IMG/VR virus record: IMGVR_UViG_3300045970_000046
Location: 11,120 to 75,119 of that record
Strand: one strand, 5' to 3'
Source of the DNA: a virus
Length of the DNA: 64,000 nucleotides
Made by a program: the position numbers and the translations under genes
In this document: positions 1 through 9,417 of the stretch, piece after piece
How the letters are laid out: each line of letters begins with the position of its first letter
Numbering within the stretch: position 1 is the first letter of the stretch
Notes under the pieces: generated by a model
Told to the model about the DNA's origin: nothing
What the model saw: the letters and a program-made list of their open reading frames with translations, nothing else
Databases searched by the model: none

Positions 1-13
1 GCTGTGAACACAA

Positions 14-430
14 ATGGAGCTAACCATGGAAATCGTTCAGGATATTCCCCTAAGCCGTTTCGCAGATCTTCTCGTTTCTGCTTTTGAGGGAGGTTCGAAC
101 TACTGGTATAATATCGAGAGCTTTAAGAAGCCTGAGAAGTTCACAGAGTTGTGTGGTCACGAAACCGCGGAAGAGGCTGCGATGTACAGGCATATGTCCT
201 ATGCCGTTAATCCCGGAGGTGCGATTGTTGTAAGTGATCGTGTCGGTTGTGAGGAGGGTGATACTGTCACAAAGGCCGAACTTAATCTATCCGTTATCCG
301 GGTAGGGGCCATACTCATGGCAAAGCAGTATCCTCTTCACTGGGCTAACTTTGTCAGTGGGAATGACGACGCGGAGACTGGGGATGTATTCCTGCAGTGC
401 TGCGTATTTGGGAAGATTATCTATGGGTAA
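14..430 (+). CDS. hypothetical phage protein
   Basis: 138-aa ORF, first of a tightly coupled + strand cluster. Confidence 0.7.
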   Translation: MELTMEIVQDIPLSRFADLLVSAFEGGSNYWYNIESFKKPEKFTELCGHETAEEAAMYRHMSYAVNPGGAIVVSDRVGCEEGDTVTKAELNLSVIRVGAILMAKQYPLHWANFVSGNDDAETGDVFLQCCVFGKIIYG

Positions 431-629
431 ACGACAAGCGAAGATTAGGCACGAGAGGGTAGGCTTCTCCTGCGCGGACTGCGAAGGCCCCCTCGAACCA
501 TACTGGAATAATCAGGAAGGGCTAATGAAGATTAACCGAATGAATGAACCAGTCGAGGACAATGGGCGCTACACCTACTGCCCGCATTGTGGCCACAAAA
601 ATTGGTATCCGGTTCTCTTTGTGAGGTGA
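423..629 (+). CDS. small Zn-ribbon protein
   Basis: CADC...CPHC pairs; ATG at 423 overlaps the previous stop. Confidence 0.6.
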   Translation: MGKRQAKIRHERVGFSCADCEGPLEPYWNNQEGLMKINRMNEPVEDNGRYTYCPHCGHKNWYPVLFVR

Positions 630-631
630 TC

Positions 632-841
632 ATGTTAGATTTAGAGTACGACGGTGAGAGTGTTAGACGTATAACCGATACTAGTAATCCTAGAGTCGGA
701 TGGACCGAGTATCTTTGCCCGACCTGTAAGAAATGGAATGAATCCGATGATGTAATTTGGTACGACGAGACAATCGACGCCTACGTAATGGATACAGCTA
801 ACGCGAGGCCTTACTGTCAGGGTTGTGAACCCTCCGAATAA
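632..841 (+). CDS. small Zn-ribbon protein
   Basis: GAGGTG RBS before ATG 632; CPTC...CQGC. Confidence 0.6.
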   Translation: MLDLEYDGESVRRITDTSNPRVGWTEYLCPTCKKWNESDDVIWYDETIDAYVMDTANARPYCQGCEPSE

Positions 842-859
842 GTGAAAGGTTAGACTCCT

Positions 860-1105
860 ATGAATCCTCCTGATACGGAAACTAAAGCCGAAGAGCTTGT
901 GGGTACAAACATCCCAGAGTTCTTCGCCGCTGTAAGAGAGGCTGTTTCGCTAGCCCACGGCTACTACTGGAAGCCGATGACGATCTGGCGTAGTAGGTCG
1001 AATAAGCGGCGCTTCGTAGTGGTTAGAAAAGACTACGTAAATGTGGATAAGACGGAGTGGGAACGTATCACTACTATCACTCCACATGGAGGATTTTCTC
1101 GATGA
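860..1105 (+). CDS. hypothetical protein
   Basis: 81-aa ORF with AAAGG RBS. Confidence 0.55.
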   Translation: MNPPDTETKAEELVGTNIPEFFAAVREAVSLAHGYYWKPMTIWRSRSNKRRFVVVRKDYVNVDKTEWERITTITPHGGFSR

Positions 1106-1326
1106 GTTACCATCGGTTCAGATCTTCCGAAGGGGATGAGTATGGATCCTTCGAAGTCTTCTATGAAGATGGTTCGAACTCCGACTTTAGAGATGAGGAA
1201 GATCAGGCCCTACCTCCCGGCTGGTATTGGTGGCCGTGTTCTGTAGGATGTATGCCAGAATCTATGGCCTTCGGACCATTTGATTCAGAAGAACTAGCCC
1301 TAAACGATGCTCATAAGGATACCTAA
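1102..1326 (+). CDS. hypothetical acidic protein
   Basis: ATGA overlap with upstream ORF; GWYWWPC..GCMP..GPF motif. Confidence 0.6.
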   Translation: MSYHRFRSSEGDEYGSFEVFYEDGSNSDFRDEEDQALPPGWYWWPCSVGCMPESMAFGPFDSEELALNDAHKDT

Positions 1327-1577
1327 TGCCTATCCGTCCAAGGTATGTTAAGAATCCAAAGAAACTGTTTACCGGCTCGTGCCATGCAGCCTTAGTCGAA
1401 CTAAATATAGCTCTTAATAAGAGTAGCTACAATAACCCCATCAACGAACCGGAGATACGTAAAGTCCTCAAGGCGACATTTGGTTCAGAAGCCAAGGGGT
1501 TTGGTACTATCGTAGCTCTTCGTAACGCCCTACACGCCCTAGAGAAGGAACTTGTCAATGAACGACTTAAGTGGTAA
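1326..1577 (+). CDS. hypothetical protein
   Basis: TAATG coupling, AAGGA RBS. Confidence 0.55.
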   Translation: MPIRPRYVKNPKKLFTGSCHAALVELNIALNKSSYNNPINEPEIRKVLKATFGSEAKGFGTIVALRNALHALEKELVNERLKW

Positions 1578-1830
1578 GGACGCAGCTTACGCTCTAGAGA
1601 ATTTTATCAATAAGGCGTCTAAGGAAGACCTGGAAGAATTTACGTTATATATCGTAGATACTATGCACCGCACTCTTCAACAGAAATTGATGAGGGTGCT
1701 TGTAGTCTTAATTCGTCGCTGGGGTAAGATGCCGCCGGGTGGGTATGACCTTAGAAACGAATCGACTATTAAGCTTTGCCAGCGTCTTACCCTAACCTTA
1801 GCCGAGTCTAGCTATCTACCGTTTATCTAG
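1558..1830 (+). CDS. hypothetical protein
   Basis: AAGGA RBS; HRTLQQ...DLRNE motif. Confidence 0.6.
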   Translation: MNDLSGKDAAYALENFINKASKEDLEEFTLYIVDTMHRTLQQKLMRVLVVLIRRWGKMPPGGYDLRNESTIKLCQRLTLTLAESSYLPFI

Positions 1831-1838
1831 GAGATATC

Positions 1839-2042
1839 ATGAGTGTTATTCCGAAAAAGGTTTCGAAGGACGATCAGCTTGAAATGAATCAGATTACGGC
1901 TCGTATCCGTAAGCTGGTTAAGAAGCTTAAGGCGGAGGCTTACACGGGTGAGTTGAGTAAGGATGGAAAGTTTAGTGGAAAGATTAGATGGGCTACGCCG
2001 GTCATCACAGCTCAAGCCCTACCGGAAGTAGAGGACGATTAA
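1839..2042 (+). CDS. hypothetical basic protein
   Basis: AGGAG RBS, 67 aa. Confidence 0.55.
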   Translation: MSVIPKKVSKDDQLEMNQITARIRKLVKKLKAEAYTGELSKDGKFSGKIRWATPVITAQALPEVEDD

Positions 2043-2443
2043 TGCGTTGCCCTGACTGTAACAAGTTCGTTTCAATGGATCTGGCGGATCCAGAAGTCGA
2101 CGAATTTGAATTTAGTGTTGATGAGAAAGGTGTCCACATTGGTTGCGCGGTCCGTATCGTCCGGGTATGCTCCGACTGTGGCGTCGAGATGAAAGAAGCC
2201 AACGAGGAGGAGGGTATAGACCTCACTTGGGCGGATATGAAGTTACCCGGTAAGCCCGAGGGTGAGGAAGAAATCACCATCGAAGAGGATAGTGTAGACC
2301 AACTCGAGGAAAGTGGGGGTCGCTTCAAGAAGTCGTACTTTGGAGCAACCGTCAACTATAGCATCAAGCACGGTGACACGGTACTTCACACCGGGCAAAT
2401 CGAGCTAAAGGTAGCTGCTGGGGATATGGAAGAAATCGGTTAA
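2042..2443 (+). CDS. acidic Zn-finger protein
   Basis: TAATG coupling; MRCPDC...CSDC. Confidence 0.65.
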   Translation: MRCPDCNKFVSMDLADPEVDEFEFSVDEKGVHIGCAVRIVRVCSDCGVEMKEANEEEGIDLTWADMKLPGKPEGEEEITIEEDSVDQLEESGGRFKKSYFGATVNYSIKHGDTVLHTGQIELKVAAGDMEEIG

Positions 2444-2445
2444 AG

Positions 2446-2487
2446 AAAGCGGAGTTGGCACGAGTTGCACGCCAACTCCGCTTTTTT
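2446..2487. terminator. bidirectional intrinsic terminator
   Basis: 14-bp inverted repeat AAAGCGGAGTTGGC/GCCAACTCCGCTTT with a T-run, between convergent gene blocks. Confidence 0.85.
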
Positions 2488-2521
2488 AATGCCCACAATT
2501 TCCGGCTGAATGCAAGCTTTG

Positions 2522-2749
2522 CTAGAACGGGACGATAACCATCCAGTGCTCGCAGGCGTGTACAAGCACATCGGGTGGCGGTACTACATTGAATTTGTGA
2601 CACTTTTGTATCTTCATCTCTTGCCGTTCACAGCTATTATCTCCCCAATGTTCGCAATTTAGACAGCACTTCCAGTACGAGGTCTTAACCAAACCCTGCT
2701 GGAGTACACGCTGGAGATCGTTTATAGTAGAATTAGCTTTCAAACTCAT
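2522..2749 (-). CDS. small Cys-rich protein
   Basis: CCLNCEHW...C...C; overlaps helicase end. Confidence 0.65.
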   Translation of the reverse strand: MSLKANSTINDLQRVLQQGLVKTSYWKCCLNCEHWGDNSCERQEMKIQKCHKFNVVPPPDVLVHACEHWMVIVPF

Positions 2750-4502
2750 GGCCGGTTATCTCCGGATGGGGCCTATTTGTATGGATAAGAATCGAACTGG
2801 GTATGTTTATCTCACCATGACGACTAATAGCTTCTTCAACTGTCTCCGGGATACGTAACCCGTGTTTGACGTTAGGATCTTCTATACTGACCCCAGCCTG
2901 TAACTGTCCATGAGCCCATGTATAGGCCTTAGACATCTTCTTCCACCACTCCCTCGCCTTACGGCCCGGGAACCCTTCGTGTTCTAGACAAATCCATTCG
3001 TCAAAAGTACGTAATCCACAAAGATATGTCACACGTAGGACAGGGGGCCGATCTTCGATCGGAACCATCCCACCAGAATCCTTATCGAACCGCTGCTTAC
3101 GATGTTCCCGGAATGTAACCCGGGATACCTTCATCTTTTCGATCTTTGGAACATTCGTTTTAATGAGTTCATCAGTCGACGCAGTTTGCTGGAGTTTGAC
3201 ATGGATAGGGAACTCGACACGGCAATAGACACAGAATCTGACACTGGCGTGATTGTAGCATCCGCATGCTTCACATAGCTTGACAGGGGCAGCCCCACCG
3301 CCTCCGGCTCCTTTAGGTCTTGGTAGGACGGGGTCGTTGATTGGACCAAGTCGCCTAGTGTTCCCGGCGAAGTCCAAGACGAGGCAGTTCTTTTTAGGTC
3401 CGGCTTGCTGCGCGCCAATTCTTCCTGTAGCTGTTTCGAGATCGAATCCTTCGGCATATACGGGCCTCGTTCCTCTGCCGAGCATCTGCACCCACAAACC
3501 GGGTGAATTAGTCGGCCGTAGCATTACGATTAGATCGATTTCGGGAAAATCGAAACCTGTCGTTAAGATACCATTATTGACCATAGCCTTGTATCTACCA
3601 GCCTTAAAATCAGCTATGTTCTTATCCCGTTCCTTATCTGGCATCTTAGAATGTACACACGTCGCTGTAATTCCAAGTTCGTTAAGAGCGTCAGTGATAT
3701 GAAGTACGTGGTTGATACCCGAACCAAAGACCAACCAATGTTCGCGGTCAGTGGCGAGTTCTACCGCTTCCCGTAGCGTAGCACTTGTAATCTCGTTTTT
3801 ATCAACGGCTTCTTGTAGGTCCGACTGTACGTACTCCCCACCTTGGATCCTCACCCCTTCGACGGGTAATTCAGTGGATGTACGCTTAGGTATTAGGGGA
3901 CTAAGGTACCCTTCTGTGAGTAACCAGTTAAAGGAATCTAGTCTAGTAAGGTCGAAACATAGACCATCGAAAATACCTTCGCCTTCAGTTAACAAACCCT
4001 GACCAACACGATAATGCGTCGCGGTAAAACCTACGACTCGTAGATAAGGATTAATATCTTTAAGGTCGCCCAAAAAGCTCTGGTACATAGTACCCTGCTT
4101 CGGCGACAGTAGGTGGGCTTCATCGATGAGTACAATATCTATATGACCAAAGATACGGGCCTGTTTATAGACCGACGCTATACCCGCGAACGTTACAGGA
4201 AAACAAGCTTGTTTCTTACCTAAACCAGCTGAGTAGATACCAGCGGGGGCGTTAGGCCAAATCTTACGAAGAGTCTTATGGTTCTGTGCGATTAGTTCTT
4301 TAACGTGAGTTAACTTAATGATACGCTGACCCGGATAGGTTGTATAGGCCCGACGTATGAACTCACTTAAGACTAATGATTTACCTGTACCGGTAGGCAT
4401 CCCAACAAGCGGATTTCCACCCGGTCGACCATCCTTACCCCCGTGGGCGAAGTAATCGAAGATAGACTGTACCGCGGCGTTTTGATAATCTCTAAGTTTC
4501 AT
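2733..4502 (-). CDS. SF2 DExH helicase (RadD/YejH-like) with Zn finger
   Basis: LRDYQ Q-motif, PTGTGKS, DEAH, TAT, TTGFD, QMLGRGTR, CEAC/CVYC. Confidence 0.95.
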   Translation of the reverse strand: MKLRDYQNAAVQSIFDYFAHGGKDGRPGGNPLVGMPTGTGKSLVLSEFIRRAYTTYPGQRIIKLTHVKELIAQNHKTLRKIWPNAPAGIYSAGLGKKQACFPVTFAGIASVYKQARIFGHIDIVLIDEAHLLSPKQGTMYQSFLGDLKDINPYLRVVGFTATHYRVGQGLLTEGEGIFDGLCFDLTRLDSFNWLLTEGYLSPLIPKRTSTELPVEGVRIQGGEYVQSDLQEAVDKNEITSATLREAVELATDREHWLVFGSGINHVLHITDALNELGITATCVHSKMPDKERDKNIADFKAGRYKAMVNNGILTTGFDFPEIDLIVMLRPTNSPGLWVQMLGRGTRPVYAEGFDLETATGRIGAQQAGPKKNCLVLDFAGNTRRLGPINDPVLPRPKGAGGGGAAPVKLCEACGCYNHASVRFCVYCRVEFPIHVKLQQTASTDELIKTNVPKIEKMKVSRVTFREHRKQRFDKDSGGMVPIEDRPPVLRVTYLCGLRTFDEWICLEHEGFPGRKAREWWKKMSKAYTWAHGQLQAGVSIEDPNVKHGLRIPETVEEAISRHGEINIPSSILIHTNRPHPEITGHEFES

Positions 4503-4504
4503 AG

Positions 4505-5416
4505 TTACATCGGAATACCGATATAATCAGGGCAACCTTTAAGCTGGTCGGACTTAGTTAGAACGTTCTTATACAGTGAACAGGTCCACGTACCTCCACC
4601 GGTAGGAGACGAATACTGACACGTCCTACAATTCATCTGAGGCTTCTCGTTGTAGTGACACACCTTCTGAAAGTCGCAGAAGCGACACTTCCACCAGCCC
4701 GGACTATCGCTAACCTTGGGCGGGGCCTCTGTGGCCAATACGACCAACTGTGCGCGCTGACGATATTTATCTACCTGCTCTTTTTCGTAATAGATTATCT
4801 CACCGTATAGCTCATCGTCGTTCTTGTTTACGGCGAGGTATAGGGCAGCGGGTAGCTTATATCCATCCATGTATAACTGCATCTGGATGAAATGTTCATA
4901 CTTAGAAGAACGAACCCCCTCTTTGACTAACTTCGTAAAGGATTTATCGCCATGTGTCTTAAACTCACCCAGTATGGCCACATTGGGGTCGAAGTCTGGG
5001 CACCCGCGTAAGACGGCGTCGAGAGAACCACCGAAGTGTCCGTCCGCCCCAGTGATTCTGAATTGGTTACCCTTTTCGTCATGTTGCCATACCTTACAAC
5101 CAATCATCCTTAGTAGGGCGACAAACCTCGGTTCCTCGAGGTGTCCGCGGTTGAAGAGGCGTAGTAGTCTCCCGTGAGCACGTTTGGTGGTTGCCCATCT
5201 AAAGATGTACCAAAGCTCTCGGACACAGTCCCGACCTATCTGGGACGCCCCGAGGTGTGTACGCTCGGAGTTAGTTTCTTGCCTATAAGCGTCTTCCGCG
5301 AGGGGCATAGCCTCCCGTAGATAGTTCCTATAGAGGTTACCTTGATCTTGCTCTAGTAGGGCGTTTATACGAGCAATCGTATTAACCGCTAATCTAGGCT
5401 TTGTAAGAGTAAACAT
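4505..5416 (-). CDS. Cas4-like PD-(D/E)XK exonuclease
   Basis: GASQIG..C, GSLD, EFKT, QMQLYM, CRFCDFQKVC Fe-S cysteines. Confidence 0.88.
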   Translation of the reverse strand: MFTLTKPRLAVNTIARINALLEQDQGNLYRNYLREAMPLAEDAYRQETNSERTHLGASQIGRDCVRELWYIFRWATTKRAHGRLLRLFNRGHLEEPRFVALLRMIGCKVWQHDEKGNQFRITGADGHFGGSLDAVLRGCPDFDPNVAILGEFKTHGDKSFTKLVKEGVRSSKYEHFIQMQLYMDGYKLPAALYLAVNKNDDELYGEIIYYEKEQVDKYRQRAQLVVLATEAPPKVSDSPGWWKCRFCDFQKVCHYNEKPQMNCRTCQYSSPTGGGTWTCSLYKNVLTKSDQLKGCPDYIGIPM

Positions 5417-5802
5417 TAAGCCGCCAGTACCCGAATAACCTCAGCCATAGTTTCTACATGAGTTAAGGGTAGGTGGTAGAAGATATTCTTCATATGTCCG
5501 GTAATATCACGGGCACCTACGATAATGACAGGAATACCATATCCAAGGGCTGCACCAAATTCAGTTGCCATACCACGACCCCTATCGTCGTGAAGTACAA
5601 TTACGACCTCGGCGGTACGCACACCGTTCAGGTCTTTACGGGCAGCGTTAGCTAGATATAACGTTAGTTCGTTACCGGTACGATCTCCCGCGTCTTCGGG
5701 GGTCCAATCCATTGTAATAGTATGACCAGCCTTCTGTAGGAGGAACATAGCGCTACGGACTTGGTCTTTATTATGGAAGCTGGACGCTACGTAGACGCGC
5801 AT
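5416..5802 (-). CDS. nucleoside 2-deoxyribosyltransferase / N-glycosidase-like protein
   Basis: VYVAS, D...V..A.VV, GMATEFGAA...GIPV pattern. Confidence 0.75.
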   Translation of the reverse strand: MRVYVASSFHNKDQVRSAMFLLQKAGHTITMDWTPEDAGDRTGNELTLYLANAARKDLNGVRTAEVVIVLHDDRGRGMATEFGAALGYGIPVIIVGARDITGHMKNIFYHLPLTHVETMAEVIRVLAA

Positions 5803-5817
5803 TTATAACTCCGGATG

Positions 5818-5851
5818 AAAAGGGGTGGGACCAAGAATCGATCCCACCCCT
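5818..5851 (-). terminator. intrinsic terminator after the SSB gene
   Basis: 10-bp stem AGGGGTGGGA/TCCCACCCCT followed by TTTT on the minus strand. Confidence 0.7.
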
Positions 5852-5873
5852 CTATTTACTATTTGATTAACGA

Positions 5874-6638
5874 TTACCCTGCAGGACGAGCCCACGGCGG
5901 AACAGCGCTACCGGCCGGAGCGTCCGGAACACCCGGAGGCGGCGGGGGAGCAGCGGGAGCCGGGGGAGCCGGCGGAGGAGCTGCCGGAACCGGAACCCAT
6001 GCACCACCAGTCAGCCGGTGACCGTTAACGACGTCACCCTCCTTGTACGAAGGGGGAGCCGCCGGCGCCTGTACAACAGGGGGAGCAACGGGGGCCGCGA
6101 CCGGTGTAGGGGCGGGAGCAGCGGTGGTCTGAGCCGCCGCACTAGCCCACGGCGGAGCCGCCGGAGTAGCGGACGGGGCCTGGGTCGGAGCGTGACCCGG
6201 AGCCGCCACCGGGGCCGGACCCTTCCCATCAACAGCCTTGAAACCCTTCACCTCGTTCGACGGATCGTACGGCTGACCCGTAGTCGGATTGATCTGCCCA
6301 GACTTAATGCTGAGGCGAACCTGGAGGGGAAGACCGTGGAGCTGCTGGCTATCTTGAACCTGGATAACACCAATGGCGTGGCAGATAGCGGACAGCTGCT
6401 TCTGTGCGATCTCCACGGCCACGGGATTAGCGTTCTGAAGGTTCAGGTTGGTGAAAATCTTCCGGTTACGGTACTGGCCGTCGATAACCTCTAGGGTCAG
6501 CTTGAGGTACTGACCGTCGTTGTTCTTAGTCGCCTCCATAGACGACTCTTTGATCATTGCATTGTACCACCCGGCCGGTAGCGGTTCAAATGCATCGGCA
6601 GGCTGGACATTCGTCGCGTCGAAATTCAGATTAGCCAT
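5874..6638 (-). CDS. DUF669-like single-stranded DNA-binding protein with Pro/Ala-rich tail
   Basis: FDATNV..FEPLPAGWY, LSAICHA, NEVKGFK, C-terminal PPW; sits beside a Sak4-like ATPase. Confidence 0.85.
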   Translation of the reverse strand: MANLNFDATNVQPADAFEPLPAGWYNAMIKESSMEATKNNDGQYLKLTLEVIDGQYRNRKIFTNLNLQNANPVAVEIAQKQLSAICHAIGVIQVQDSQQLHGLPLQVRLSIKSGQINPTTGQPYDPSNEVKGFKAVDGKGPAPVAAPGHAPTQAPSATPAAPPWASAAAQTTAAPAPTPVAAPVAPPVVQAPAAPPSYKEGDVVNGHRLTGGAWVPVPAAPPPAPPAPAAPPPPPGVPDAPAGSAVPPWARPAG

Positions 6639-6647
6639 TACTACTCC

Positions 6648-7331
6648 TTACGGGGTGAGGATTTTGTTGAACAGCACTGTGAGGTTGGGTTCTTCTATCG
6701 GGTTCAGCGCACCACTACGGTCTTTGGATACATACTGAATATCCGGTTGAGTCTGGAGATAACGATACGTCTGATTACCACTACCTCCAATACGAAGGGC
6801 GAATACTTCGTCGAAGAAATACGGAAGGGCTGGACCAAGCTTAGCCCCCGGCATCGATGGTCCATACTGAATTACTCCCGTCATCTCGTCTTTGGCTGTC
6901 TCCATCTTAGCCGTAACACAGACGTGCTTACCGGGTAGGTCACGGAAGGCCCGAATTAACTCGGACATCTGAGGAATAATCTCCCCATACGCCTTTCGTG
7001 GATCCTTAGCACCAACTGTCTTAACTAGATTGGACAAGACCACCTCGGCCATCTCCGTAATAGAGTCGAGGCAGATAGTCCAGAACTGCTGTGCTTCCTT
7101 TGAAGACACACACCACTGATAGGCTTCGTACAGTTCGGTCAGTGTACGAATTTCGATCGCCGCAACCTTCTGTTTACGGAGTGAAAGTAACCCCTTTTCA
7201 GCTGATAGGATTACCGGGTTAGGTGCTGTAGAACAAAGAAACGTCTTACCGACACCGGAGCCTCCGAACACTAGACATTTAACACCACTAGAAGAAGAAA
7301 CCTGATCGGTCGAAGTGAGCTTAATGGTCAT
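6648..7331 (-). CDS. AAA_24 / Sak4-like ATPase recombinase
   Basis: GGSGVGKT, SAEKGLLSL, LDSITE, PYFFDEV, KDRSG. Confidence 0.88.
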   Translation of the reverse strand: MTIKLTSTDQVSSSSGVKCLVFGGSGVGKTFLCSTAPNPVILSAEKGLLSLRKQKVAAIEIRTLTELYEAYQWCVSSKEAQQFWTICLDSITEMAEVVLSNLVKTVGAKDPRKAYGEIIPQMSELIRAFRDLPGKHVCVTAKMETAKDEMTGVIQYGPSMPGAKLGPALPYFFDEVFALRIGGSGNQTYRYLQTQPDIQYVSKDRSGALNPIEEPNLTVLFNKILTP

Positions 7332-7346
7332 TTGGAGTACCGTATA

Positions 7347-7760
7347 CTACTTCACTTTGGGGGCGACTATCTCCAACGTTGGTGCTCCGTTTCGGATGAT
7401 GAGGCACTGATCGAAGATTAACCGAGCAGCGTCAGATAACTCGCGGTAGGCCTTTATGTTCACTTCAGGTACTTCGCGGATTAGTCCTTCCGTATTGAAC
7501 AACTGCTTCTGCATAGCCTCGATAACGGCTTGACGTGCAGCGGGATCAACCTTACGGTCTAACTTGTGTGTATACTTGAGGGTGTAACCTAGCGGCAAAG
7601 TAGTCTTATTGACACCTTCTTCCGGCTTAGGCCAGAAGGTAGAAGCTACCAGACGGCGTAACTCCATCTCCTGAGCAACAAGTGGCTCCATAGCCTGTTT
7701 CATAGCATCTAGGTCATTTCGGGCCGCGTACCACATATTCAATAGTTCATCATTCGTCAT
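7347..7760 (-). CDS. conserved hypothetical protein of the recombination module
   Basis: 137 aa, N-terminal coiled coil, adjacent to the ATPase. Confidence 0.65.
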   Translation of the reverse strand: MTNDELLNMWYAARNDLDAMKQAMEPLVAQEMELRRLVASTFWPKPEEGVNKTTLPLGYTLKYTHKLDRKVDPAARQAVIEAMQKQLFNTEGLIREVPEVNIKAYRELSDAARLIFDQCLIIRNGAPTLEIVAPKVK

Positions 7761-8141
7761 TTACTTCTCCAGATAAGCTATAGCTAGGCGTAAGATTGCG
7801 TGGTCTTCCTTGAAGAGCCCTAATCCACTATTGCAAGAATAACACAGAATGCCACGTATAGCCCCTGTTTTATGATTATGGTCTACACAAGTTTTTATTG
7901 TCGTGGAAATATCTTTTAAACAAAGGGCACATTTACTATCTTGTTGTATAATCATTCTTTCAACATCTTCAAGACTAATTCCGTAATTATACTTCAAGGC
8001 GTGACGTTTATGACGTTCTTTATTCTTAATAACCCATGATAGAGCCGCACACTTACCCGGGCAATATACGATATTGGACTTAGCCGCTTCAAATACCTCT
8101 TTACAGACAGGACACGTCTTTTTATAAATCTTCTTAACCAT
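7761..8141 (-). CDS. endonuclease VII-family HNH homing endonuclease
   Basis: YGIS...CALC...VDHNH.TG.IRGILC..CN.GLG; AT-rich; start probably MVKK at 8141. Confidence 0.88.
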   Translation of the reverse strand: MVKKIYKKTCPVCKEVFEAAKSNIVYCPGKCAALSWVIKNKERHKRHALKYNYGISLEDVERMIIQQDSKCALCLKDISTTIKTCVDHNHKTGAIRGILCYSCNSGLGLFKEDHAILRLAIAYLEK

Positions 8142-8144
8142 TAG

Positions 8145-8182
8145 AAGCCCTATATTACTACAGCCGATTTTCTGTACAAGTG
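8145..8182 (-). promoter_or_regulatory. leftward sigma70-like promoter
   Basis: CACTTGTA-N17-TAATAT-AGGGCTTC on the minus strand. Confidence 0.55.
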
Positions 8183-8242
8183 ATATTTTGTGCGCCTTTG
8201 GATCCCCGTATTGTGGGTAACTGATCCGGGGGTTCACCTTTT

Positions 8243-8280
8243 CACTTGTAAGTAAATAGGGGTGACGTATAATGGGCTTC
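8243..8280 (+). promoter_or_regulatory. rightward sigma70-like promoter
   Basis: CACTTGTA-N17-TATAAT-GGGCTTC. Confidence 0.65.
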
Positions 8281-8305
8281 ACTCTTCATAGGGAGCTTAC
8301 GTTTT

Positions 8306-8542
8306 ATGGCCAGTAAAATCGGAACATTAATGGAGGAGACAATCAGTCTTCTTCGTGAGAGAACAAAAGCCTTTCCGCATATTGCACAGGAGACTGGTAT
8401 CTCGTTCTATTGGTTGCGTAAATTCGCATACCATGAGATCGATAATCCAAGCGTAAATACCGTTCAGCAACTGTACGAGTACCTAGCCGAGCGGAAGTTG
8501 GATGTCAAGGTGGAACGTACAGGACCACGGTATGCTGAATAA
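8306..8542 (+). CDS. Cro/XRE-like HTH regulator
   Basis: IAQETGISFYWL.KF...I.NPSVNTVQ.L. Confidence 0.8.
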   Translation: MASKIGTLMEETISLLRERTKAFPHIAQETGISFYWLRKFAYHEIDNPSVNTVQQLYEYLAERKLDVKVERTGPRYAE

Positions 8543-9230
8543 TCAAAATCCTGAAAAGGTAACTAAGGATGAAGAGGGTCGGCTAGATGTACATAGTATC
8601 TTTTACACTATACAGGGCGAGGGTCCGTTTGCTGGAACACCTTCGATCTTTGTTCGGTTAGCTGGATGTAATCTTCAGTGCCCTAAATGTGATACAGAGT
8701 ATACGGATAACCGTAAGTTAATGGCTATAGAAGCTATAGGCGCCCGGCTAAACGAACTGTGGCCGCGTAGGGCCGGACAGCTTATCGTCATTACTGGCGG
8801 TGAACCATTTAGGCAGACTAATTTAGGTAACTTTGTTACATATCTACGTTCGTTAGAGTATACTGTCCAGATTGAAACTAACGGGACACTCTATGTACCG
8901 GGTCCTTGGTCTGAAACAACTATCGTCTGTAGTCCTAAGACTTCAAAGATAAACGAGTTCCTTGGTAGGTATATCAAAGCTCTTAAGTATGTTGTAGATG
9001 TAGGTGGTATAGACTCTAGAGATGGTCTACCGTTACAGGTTATGGGTCACGATAGATTACAACCTGTAGCTCGTCCACCGGCGGGGTACACAGGATTAAT
9101 CTATCTACAACCTCTTGACGAACAAGACGAAGGCCGTAATCAGCGTAACAAAGAAATAGCTATCAAGAGCTGTCTCCTATATGGTCACAGGTTGTGTCTC
9201 CAACTCCATAAAATGCTGGATTTACCGTAG
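8532..9230 (+). CDS. queE: 7-carboxy-7-deazaguanine synthase (radical SAM)
   Basis: FYTIQGEG, RLAGCNLQCPKCDT, TGGEP, IETNGT, CSPK, QLHK. Confidence 0.95.
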   Translation: MLNNQNPEKVTKDEEGRLDVHSIFYTIQGEGPFAGTPSIFVRLAGCNLQCPKCDTEYTDNRKLMAIEAIGARLNELWPRRAGQLIVITGGEPFRQTNLGNFVTYLRSLEYTVQIETNGTLYVPGPWSETTIVCSPKTSKINEFLGRYIKALKYVVDVGGIDSRDGLPLQVMGHDRLQPVARPPAGYTGLIYLQPLDEQDEGRNQRNKEIAIKSCLLYGHRLCLQLHKMLDLP

Positions 9231-9243
9231 CGAGGTTAGATTA

Positions 9244-9417
9244 ATGGACAGAGAAATGCTTGTAAAGTTTCTTGAGTTACTTGTTGACAAGGAGCGCCGT
9301 CTAGAGAAGGGCGCCAAAGACGGATTTGTGGATACTATGACGCACGGGGACCTAATGGAGATCCGGCGCTTTAAGTATCAAGTTGAAGACCTTCTTTCAG
9401 GGCGTAGGGTGGCTTAA
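9244..9417 (+). CDS. hypothetical protein within the que cluster
   Basis: GAGG RBS, stop coupled to the queC start. Confidence 0.55.
   Translation: MDREMLVKFLELLVDKERRLEKGAKDGFVDTMTHGDLMEIRRFKYQVEDLLSGRRVA

Noticed and set aside
4505-5416. Cas4-like gene as evidence of CRISPR-Cas
   Set aside because: No array or other cas genes; it lies in an ordinary helicase-SSB-Sak4 module
8142-8282. N-terminal extension of the EndoVII ORF
   Set aside because: It overlaps the divergent promoters; the start at 8141 is more plausible
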